Virus record (IMG/VR): IMGVR_UViG_3300020044_008506
Location: 1-24,410 of that record
Reading direction: 5' to 3' (one strand)
DNA length: 24,410 bases
From: a virus
Lineage: Duplodnaviria; Caudoviricetes
Shown here in pieces: positions 19,801-24,410 of the stretch (positions within the stretch are counted from its first letter, which is position 1; every line of letters starts with the position of its first letter). Made by a program: the position numbers and the translations under genes. Under the pieces are notes generated by a model. It was not told where the DNA came from. It did not search any database and saw nothing but the letters and a program-made list of their open reading frames with translations.

Positions 19801-22008
19801 TACGTAGCACGTCGGTTGCTTGCAGAGCAGGACATTATTGCTGGCATAGCTCCAACACCAGAAGAAGTTGCAGATGGAATTGACCCTCGTCAATCCAGCG
19901 TGTTTAAGCAAGTTGAGACTCCTACTGGAAAGAATCCATTGTCGGGTGATCCGGGTCAGTGGAATAGACGTTCGTTATTCTCTCAGGGATATGACCCACT
20001 TGCATTGGCCGATGACGTTCAATCGCCATTAGCTAAAAGCCCTGTAGCAGAAGCAGAAAATTCTGTAGTTGATGAAGTCAGTGTCGTACTTGATGAATCT
20101 TTAAAGCCAGATCAGGTTGAATTTGATGTGGACTCTAGTGGTGTTTACCAAGCTCGTGGTGGAGTAAACATGGCTGGTGTGCATAAGGGACTTGATTTTG
20201 TAGCAACTGCATTCAACGAGTTGAATGGTACTGCTCGATTATTAATCCTTGGCGGTGATATGGGTGTAGCATTCAACCAGTCATGGATGCTTGCAAACCC
20301 AGCAGTCATGATTGAACACATGGCTGATCCAAACAACCGTAGCTTTGGTCCAGCCATGGCAATGCGAGCAATAGGAGCAGCTTTACCAAACACTCCTGCA
20401 TTGATGGGAGATGCATTCCACAACAGTAAGATTCCTGTAAGTGCATGGGGTGACAACTATGTCCATGTCATGATGGAAAAGGTCTTAGCCAAAACACCGG
20501 GGTTAACTTTAGATATGCTTGAGTCTTATGGACTCAACCTTGAGTACTTACGTTGGCACAAAGAATGGAAGGAAGGCTTGTTGAATAACCCTGACATTCA
20601 ACGAGAAGACGTTCCACTTAACTATCGCCTTCGTGATTACTATGGAGACAGCAAAGTAGTTCAAAAGGTAATGCCACACCTTGCGCCTCTTGAGCGAGCA
20701 AACGTCTTCTATAAAGACCTTGCTGCGTTGATTGACTTCCAGCGTGTATGGCAACAAACACAGGAAGCAGTTCCGCCATCTGACAAGCGTGATGCTAGTG
20801 GAAACACGCAGGTTGCTGGTGATAGCACAAGCCGTCCATATTACCGAGAGAACTTACGTCGCCAATACGCAGAGGCTATTAACCTTCTTAACGGTAATCA
20901 GTCTGGCCAATATAGTGATGTAGAAGGGTTGGCACGAGCGCAGAAGGCTGTAGCCAATATGTTTATCTCATCTAGGTATGCTCGTAGCCGTGTGCTGTTG
21001 AACCCAGTGCTTGGATTAACGGTATTTGGATTGAAGTCTGGTGCTAATAAAATCTCTCGTATGGCAATTGGTAAAGACGTTGCCAATACTACATTGGAAA
21101 GACAAGTCTATGGTCTAGGACCAGAGGGATTTGACTGGAGAGTTCGCAAGCACATTATCAAGCGAGTGCTTGGTGCATACATGAGTAATGCAGGTTTGAA
21201 GCTGGCTACTAGTACGCCATTGATCGTCCCTGCTTTCATGTCGTTATTTAGTTCTGATGAGGAAGAACGAGCTGAGGGATTCAAGGTCATCATGGATAAC
21301 TTTGCTTTCAACAATGGATTCCTCCAGATATCAACACCTTGGGGCAAGAAGTATCAAATGACTATGCCGGGTGCTACAGGTAGGACATTGCGTCAAACTG
21401 AAAACATAGCACGGCGTGTATTTACTAAAGATACAGGTGCATGGCAGGACGTACCTGAATGGACGTTTAAGCAGTTTGTTTTGAATCAGTTGTCCCCAAT
21501 GATGCAAACTATGAAAATGGCTGCATTCGGAAAGACGTTTGATGGTGAAGACGCATTTGCATCTAATGAGTCTTATATGCTCTGGAGGCAGAAGATGATT
21601 GAGACTCTTCCTGACGGTTCGCTCAGGAAGACTTTAATGGAAATGGCGCCAAGTGAACTAAGTAACTTCATTGTCAACTCAGTCTTTAACGTATCTGCTA
21701 GGGATGCATTAAAAGACATTGACATGAAATTGCATAAGCGTTTAGTATTTGATGAAGAGGCTACGTTGTCTGATGACGATGTACAGTTCGACCTTATGAA
21801 GTCTGCATTGAACTTCTCTGGTGCTGGTGCAACTGAATACGATGAGGACTATGAAGCTTGGTTAAAGGTCTATCAAGATGGCGCACCTCGTTATAAGTCT
21901 ATGAAAGAAGAGCGAGACAATGCCCAATACAAAAATATGTGGCAGGAGTTCAACGGTAAAGACTTTGGTGCATCATTAGACACATTCGTAAGAGGTAGGC
22001 GGGAATGA
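10870..22008 (+). CDS. Giant internal virion / large polyvalent protein (3712 aa) with a zincin-like HExxH domain
   Basis: 11.1-kb uninterrupted ORF. Gly/Ala hydrophobic segments near the N-terminus, an SH3-like segment, DTLSLGHEMFH at about 16759-16791, and a C-terminal region resembling LPD38-type ends (NQLSPMMQ..FGKTFDGE). Confidence 0.8.
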   Translation: MPQGAIKRYNPKTRKYETVNVDTTGSKKAIGTGTTEERKKLSQWVTQFDSVAAKPKRTNNDYAQIIRRDSNGTDITKYALNEALRQGVIDTTTHRQRLKKYTDILNEVSSRPVTVSGKPVTYLDPSTKKERTLMRSAFIQNGSYNFDRPIEDVLIDKTKRRNEMQSQVDSIKPVDEQALIGNYLGAAARGTYNRESIPKIARGAYKGVAAQAGDIMSWGTQRFRDTGLDIGAGETPEETMARRQTEDQQMRIARAAVANRFNDTSTNEGMAGTAGSVMGGFTGPADALEAGGYIAANTAPQVLGMMATGAAIPKAAAAIGLSPKVAQGIYATGLIGGQALEAITGNPVLNVLGNPLGAMRRSGGELGQESEENLALAQEMAPAAQGLMDVAGLTIGMAQFGAKSVISGAKNSKALLSTAQKEIAAAQRSATSMFPPAPTALNIGSRARMLEAVRPTGQMLSATAINAIANASPIIATEIARSGALGFAGVDKNKFQAPKATDVVSALAGGLYDYAPQRSLMGRFNKYQTELAVGAQARYDVDSQVRKMQQEAIKSSPLLNHLINTTGLSPDQALAYASQRHQEEFPGQRINDLNDLNQLRESREIEQGYMPTLNSNVLRSVNERTGAPKRLLGMEIDQPLKAQSGVGMHYDLLPFSSAFRKASATAGEKTALDALRQQTSTSEAVAAETPKSKKALPYPSMVIETDQGPKLAIYKPDLSGIYLTDDTSSPTSHTLTPESFEVTVSALPRENYAAGIARFNREDMARIDWAQPPMADGRVYQYTVRGFNRGGFTVTRTVRGSEGTGPTVSYTASREEIMRTAPPSKRDQLTKQLDDLAESFGVPGLQGSGRGINYSDTSFGDVDRKEFPSTVYVGKSTAEGSKGVVPTRLINNKGAFNTYQDPTGGIWRIPKEADTNQRTQVLEPVETRQRTYAGTGYAETPLIQAQQIGRPMVDVNYLDINLTGTQEGVRRVYINEKDRKWLKDKTNEYRQELADAKNEGGDLDKVDTKFNDEIHDYLKKISSTGKPDNEDVNYKYGYVGKFDDEKFDAHEGMPIRIGDVVRFASSVDENGNVSANSRLAHHFIDRGVVVGVDHNGVHVKIANQLPGIIGDEGGRTVLAHPETLVPETQPHLGYDQQGIMRLERVSDLDAPIPTKPVTPEPPKVEESLSPTETVDAMIDADGLAPDPAYRATLQEAQAKLSRNGTIAFVRDSVVEVSQTKQLEPQTAKDAVTNILNDDNVLPEHKERIVSAVLLLDIDGADLNSINKINHMIDAVTEWHAGSRPVNIQSDISATVHFSGTTLEKAVQRDVNTRALEAVHGWRSGQRLTTRVANYIDKLNSQGANITPAQATSIQTRAKQMAQVVTPLRSLLIGNGVTSQEIWSFASRLSQRDQMALAVRLQGINKSSENSVTVKQLKGQMQGLIPASQGKRTLTFDDFDAANGRFFAEVKAQAQRRQAEQAKISSADPKVSMSDLNDAIKNIKPDDPAMKEIFNNLSKQDMPETQFRQYFADMKFPNSEMTIGEAADRIKNGTFADYIETSNRVQAVVRRAGMQGSRLVVEDWSNILSPLIERLPTPEARESAKTYTESEMARAMNQGPENAALKAQELMTGLLNKVVDPTLDDAARVATAVKEVQQKTLAVNPVLKRIASLLATDAEAQQRIDTANEGRGGEVVEGAVERVQSVFDAIYDLNASQPLKPSIVSQDVFDAVNASVKEASTWLSEYGSTNIRNATWQLPLQSESGLFGHTPTGEAIDLTQKSAMGKNGMTLIFRDALDVQGASPEMKMLIDNMAASLADVYDLHAYSYAMRHVDYQMKSGTVDSANQHVMSLLSAVAKTATPERAAIIEGLINDVREGQPLAYKKDKSFGSVIKDAFTGAGDADYGSKLETFIYTHRAAQVQHEFYASNARVLVSSAKSSDFSPASNIGTSFASITAQRNKNRATERAQLNLLLHLNRTGDEARDTLSLGHEMFHGVFHTLPYKEKLDFAVNAVEWLHDSLGKTNSEVGKTLVKLKAAEQTFKAKYSELQDAVANATTDESLIAAQNALDDFEFRSFVDMHADTTDILYSNPIVNELVTTTMMTAAMNTPTIFSKNYDPSSSATAIMSRVGEFAKMAVVKMQSGSYQGPDWVTTKTADGKAVTGYQHRWQLPFSSFVASKNGRDYSTPLPLGSTISLLNTNSLVDGPTKLTLRKDIPVVGYAAGAKTSDPMTAQTSRIDLSGGRTRVPGASKISTATTLHVNKNVVELKSVPAELIGKHVADYQGKKYYALDSENGIPVLSVDGISVKDRIDGYAYLVTTDEKPTLKSKYMILKPETMPQDAVVSGRAAQWNSQLSSVLYNVWGKTSALASSMVGRVDVVSYNQLKQRAISTMSNVEGMPSKNVGNYDVGQDAYEGTIEHAAGVMSQLGAGAKIQEYADQALVSTYEWINRTIPEEQDAVRERIDRGLDSARRSLFGLTSQDIRQRPQINYDPIQTSRFLVSDDGNLKGHPLMFYTARTGAARSEGLVVRDVAADLMDYFNGFDESNEVADKVANALLKSQDAAAFQSEMTKQGLDEDQVKKVVSILEQNAGVSTTGVAFSNDTVVGLLRDFITGYSNWTDGPKQRTVSDFNSTLQGLVDGEMVPHIVNQRALIANAARAYAQMRGMPVGQVLENMGTNLHGEEYAGVSAVAHMMSLDLNNRSAAMKSYNDYSIHDVIWVNGSKDPVVILKEFGKANRYSADLREKASADSNGILYLAVDQAENTVRIATPKTNPVTGETTYVLGKNVHDGKAGSEAIARHFDLPTSKGTSASTGEMLFRGDELPDGGYGRKQQQVYDNVNDTNVYVNRSNEEVASPGLKLRLAGLMSGGQKSYAGGQLLTIINMLQSSKKVGQSQVVTVPLPHSWGADMYDPTGPYSGEFKFANFDQVLDAIESDPNGEMYNVLPRHLKVTYEGKGKFTITDMGLVGNEESPMRRSLGNFVDVAAGRGNRRIAPVEVYVARRLLAEQDIIAGIAPTPEEVADGIDPRQSSVFKQVETPTGKNPLSGDPGQWNRRSLFSQGYDPLALADDVQSPLAKSPVAEAENSVVDEVSVVLDESLKPDQVEFDVDSSGVYQARGGVNMAGVHKGLDFVATAFNELNGTARLLILGGDMGVAFNQSWMLANPAVMIEHMADPNNRSFGPAMAMRAIGAALPNTPALMGDAFHNSKIPVSAWGDNYVHVMMEKVLAKTPGLTLDMLESYGLNLEYLRWHKEWKEGLLNNPDIQREDVPLNYRLRDYYGDSKVVQKVMPHLAPLERANVFYKDLAALIDFQRVWQQTQEAVPPSDKRDASGNTQVAGDSTSRPYYRENLRRQYAEAINLLNGNQSGQYSDVEGLARAQKAVANMFISSRYARSRVLLNPVLGLTVFGLKSGANKISRMAIGKDVANTTLERQVYGLGPEGFDWRVRKHIIKRVLGAYMSNAGLKLATSTPLIVPAFMSLFSSDEEERAEGFKVIMDNFAFNNGFLQISTPWGKKYQMTMPGATGRTLRQTENIARRVFTKDTGAWQDVPEWTFKQFVLNQLSPMMQTMKMAAFGKTFDGEDAFASNESYMLWRQKMIETLPDGSLRKTLMEMAPSELSNFIVNSVFNVSARDALKDIDMKLHKRLVFDEEATLSDDDVQFDLMKSALNFSGAGATEYDEDYEAWLKVYQDGAPRYKSMKEERDNAQYKNMWQEFNGKDFGASLDTFVRGRRE

Positions 22009-22781
22009 TTGACTACAGGCAAACACTAATTGATATTGCGTTGCGGTATGTTGGCACAGAGGAACAGCCGCTTGGCAGTAACCGTGGCTTCCTAATTGAT
22101 AGGTGGAACGCACAAGTCAATGCACCTATTGGAAGTTTCTGGTGCTGTAGTTTTGTATCTAGTATGGGCATGGAGCTTGAAACTAAATGTGGTATTGACT
22201 GGCCATTACCTTTTAGTGCAGATTGCGATGTCGTTTACTGGGCTGCCAAACGTAGACTTGCATTGAGTAAGACTGGATCTCCCGGAGACTTAGTCATATG
22301 CCACAGGAATGACGACGCTTACCATATTGGTATTGTTGGCAGTAGAGACGAGAACGGATTGCTTCAGAGTATTGAAGGCAATAGTAACAACGACGGTAGC
22401 CGTAATGGGATTAAGGTTGCGTTACGACCTAACGTTATGGCTGGTAGGAATGCTGTAAACGTATCCTATATCAAATGGTCTAAATTAATTGACGATAACG
22501 CCTCTACGATTTTAATCAATGACAAAAAGGTTGATCCGATATTTGAATACGGGAAACTGTATGTGCCATTGCGGAAATCACTAGAGGCGTTACACGGAGT
22601 ATTACTTACAACACAGAACCTGAAGAGTACAGCCGATGGTTCAACGTGGAATGGTGAACCTATACCTTATGGAATGATTACCAGAACTGGAAGTCGTTAC
22701 ATAAGAATGTCCGATTTCATCACTCACTTTAAGCTAAAGTCAGTAACATCAGACACGGCTATAAAGCTGTACCCTTTATAG
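22005..22781 (+). CDS. Endolysin: CHAP (NlpC/P60 superfamily) peptidase with a C-terminal putative cell-binding domain
   Basis: ALRYVGTEE..GSNRG, catalytic-type WCCSFV, HIGIV and SIEGNS. The C-terminal GKLYVPLRKSLEAL resembles the copper-amine-oxidase N-terminal-like stalk domain. ATGA overlap with the giant gene. Confidence 0.88.
   Translation: MIDYRQTLIDIALRYVGTEEQPLGSNRGFLIDRWNAQVNAPIGSFWCCSFVSSMGMELETKCGIDWPLPFSADCDVVYWAAKRRLALSKTGSPGDLVICHRNDDAYHIGIVGSRDENGLLQSIEGNSNNDGSRNGIKVALRPNVMAGRNAVNVSYIKWSKLIDDNASTILINDKKVDPIFEYGKLYVPLRKSLEALHGVLLTTQNLKSTADGSTWNGEPIPYGMITRTGSRYIRMSDFITHFKLKSVTSDTAIKLYPL
22759..22781. other. 8-bp inverted repeat spanning the overlapping convergent stop codons
   Basis: CTATAAAG (22759-22766), 7-nt loop, CTTTATAG (22774-22781). 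AT-rich with no U-tract, so function is uncertain. Confidence 0.35.
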
Positions 22782-24155
22782 GTTGAGCATGGGGTCATAA
22801 AAGTCAGAGAACCTTGCGTACTTAGACTGGAATGTTAGGAGACTGATACCAGTTCTCCCGTTCCTGTTCTTTGCTGTAATGACCTCAGCTTTGTCTTCAT
22901 CATCTTGCTGTCCATCTTGAGTACGTTCGTAATACCCAGCACGATAGATGAACTGTATGACGTCTGCATCTGATTCGATATCGCCAGACTCTCGCAAGTC
23001 TGACATCATTGGACGCTTGTCCTGCCGTTGCTCTACAGCCCTAGATAGACTAGACAGTGCAATGACAGGACATTTGTACTCACGTGCAATGTCCTTCAAC
23101 CCTCGACTGATAACACCGATATCTCGTGTCCTATTCTCAGACTTATAGGATGAAGGCATCGCAATCATCTGTAAGTAATCAACAACCACCAAGCCAACAT
23201 GAAAAGATTTTTGCGTATCCCTAATTGCGTCTCGGATTCCTCCAAGGGTGACAGTCTTATCTGCGACAATTCTGACATGAAGTGACTTAGCCTCCTGAGC
23301 TACAACCTGTAACTTATCCTTCTGATAGTTATTCAGCTTCTTAGTCTGGATAACTTGGCTGTCTACTTCACTGTAGATCGACAACATACGTGCTGTAACC
23401 ATGTCCTTAGACATCTCAGCACTAACGATCAATACGCCGACCTTCTCATCTAGTTGACGCATGTAACGAGCGGCGTTCCAAGCGTACTGTAAACCAAGAC
23501 TAGACTTACCCATAGAAGGTCGTCCGCCTACAATGATTAATTCTCCATCACGCCATCCTCCTGTTACTGAGTCTACTTCCTCATACCCACTGGGAACACT
23601 AAATGTTGTCTCATCTTGTTCCCTGCGGATTGCTGCATCAGAGGCTGACAAAATTAATTTAGATAAATCGTCAGTCGTGTTTCCGGAATTGGTAAACGAA
23701 ACAGAGTTATTCAAATCGGCTACGATTTTATCGATGTCCGTGTCGCAATCAGATGCCTTCTTACTTGCCAACTCAGATGAAAAGATAATCTCTCTGCGTC
23801 TATGATAGTCGATGACTAGTTTGACGTAACTCTCGTAGTTAGATGTGCTTGGAAGTAACTCTGCGCACTGCATGATGTACCCTAGTCCACCACACGCTTC
23901 TAATGCGTTGCGCTTCGTCAACTCCTCATTTACGGTCACAATGTCTATGTCTTGGCCAGATGCGTCAATAGCCGTATAAGCCTCCCATATGAGGCTGTGA
24001 GCTACCCTGTAGAACATCCCCTTGTTGATGTGCGTGAGGCTCTTGAATAATCTCTTGCCACCAAGGAGAACAGACGCTATAAGTGATTGCTCACTCATAA
24101 CGTCCGATGGAATCTCTATGTTGAAGCCAAGGCTTCTATTTGTTTCTTTGTTCAT
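22776..24155 (-). CDS. dnaB: Replicative DNA helicase DnaB (phage-encoded, full length)
   Basis: N-terminal domain (SEQSLIASVLL..FYRVAHSLIW). Walker A GGRPSMGKS, SAEM, Walker B VVVDYLQM, then SRGLKDIAREY, DKRPMMSDLRESG, DAD and arginine finger KNRNG. Confidence 0.98.
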   Translation of the reverse strand: MNKETNRSLGFNIEIPSDVMSEQSLIASVLLGGKRLFKSLTHINKGMFYRVAHSLIWEAYTAIDASGQDIDIVTVNEELTKRNALEACGGLGYIMQCAELLPSTSNYESYVKLVIDYHRRREIIFSSELASKKASDCDTDIDKIVADLNNSVSFTNSGNTTDDLSKLILSASDAAIRREQDETTFSVPSGYEEVDSVTGGWRDGELIIVGGRPSMGKSSLGLQYAWNAARYMRQLDEKVGVLIVSAEMSKDMVTARMLSIYSEVDSQVIQTKKLNNYQKDKLQVVAQEAKSLHVRIVADKTVTLGGIRDAIRDTQKSFHVGLVVVDYLQMIAMPSSYKSENRTRDIGVISRGLKDIAREYKCPVIALSSLSRAVEQRQDKRPMMSDLRESGDIESDADVIQFIYRAGYYERTQDGQQDDEDKAEVITAKNRNGRTGISLLTFQSKYARFSDFYDPMLNL

Positions 24156-24410
24156 TAATGTATTCCGTCAATCTCACAATGTGTACTTCATTGATTACGT
24201 CCTGTAGTTGCTGTCCCTTAAGTGGTGGCTCAACTCGCCATGCTCTGTAACCACCAGTCTTCTTCAGTACAAGAACAACAGTAGGGTGAAGCTTATTAGG
24301 ATCAGTACCCAGTCTGATGCCTTCGCTAATGTCGTGAGTAACCATGTGTGGTTGTGCATTGCCATATTTCTCTACATCCACATAGTTAAGAACCTCTGAC
24401 GGTTTAGGTC
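24136..24410 (-). CDS. Putative helicase loader/inhibitor (G39P-like), 5'-truncated
   Basis: The frame is open to the window edge (PKPSEVLNYVDVEKYG...). PxPSEV and LHPTVVLVLKKTGGYRAW resemble G39P-like loaders, and the gene overlaps the dnaB start by 20 nt. Confidence 0.5.
   Translation of the reverse strand, partial: PKPSEVLNYVDVEKYGNAQPHMVTHDISEGIRLGTDPNKLHPTVVLVLKKTGGYRAWRVEPPLKGQQLQDVINEVHIVRLTEYINEQRNK

Larger units (their letters stand above)
1..24410. mobile_element. Tailed bacteriophage or prophage segment (Caudoviricetes, podovirus-like): late structural/lysis module converging on a replication module
   Basis: Gene order holin, fibre-like genes, nozzle, ejection-like proteins, giant protein, CHAP endolysin, then opposite-strand DnaB. 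Near-100% coding density with overlapping start/stop codons. No cellular housekeeping context and no tape-measure or sheath gene in this tail region. Confidence 0.93.

Noticed and set aside
10870-22008. Virion RNA polymerase (N4-like or crAss-like), suggested by size
   Set aside because: No DxDxD catalytic motif was found (only DIDGAD, DDFDA, DADGL). ADGRVY and LHDS lack T7-family context. A very divergent polymerase cannot be excluded without structure prediction.
22776-24155. Intein or intron in dnaB
   Set aside because: 459 aa with contiguous motifs and no insertion.
1-24410. Stop-codon reassignment
   Set aside because: The standard code already tiles the window, and TAA, TAG and TGA all end genes at coupled junctions.
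1-24410. Apparent abundance of ACGT
   Set aside because: Plausibly explained by CGT (Arg) and ACG (Thr) codon usage, and I cannot quantify it by eye.

Overview
The whole window reads as a segment of a tailed dsDNA phage or prophage, most likely podovirus-like. It is almost fully coding. On the + strand (1-22781) is a translationally coupled late operon. It begins with a 5'-truncated holin-like gene and a four-gene putative fibre cassette (86, 371, 473 and 84 aa). Next come a 1444-aa tail nozzle/stabilisation protein with nested beta-domain insertions and a 156-aa fibre-type module. These are followed by three probable ejection (internal virion) proteins of 313, 611 and 3712 aa, and a CHAP endolysin. 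The 3712-aa protein carries a zincin HExxH motif. On the - strand, converging with a 6-nt overlap, are a full-length DnaB helicase with two unusual Gln-to-Ser motif changes and a truncated putative helicase loader. The most notable signals are the giant polyvalent protein, the nested nozzle architecture, the fibre cassette with candidate docking tags, and apparently complete avoidance of CCWGG. No tRNA, rRNA, CRISPR array, integrase or IS was seen. Family assignments come from motif recognition by eye and recalled family patterns, not from database searches.
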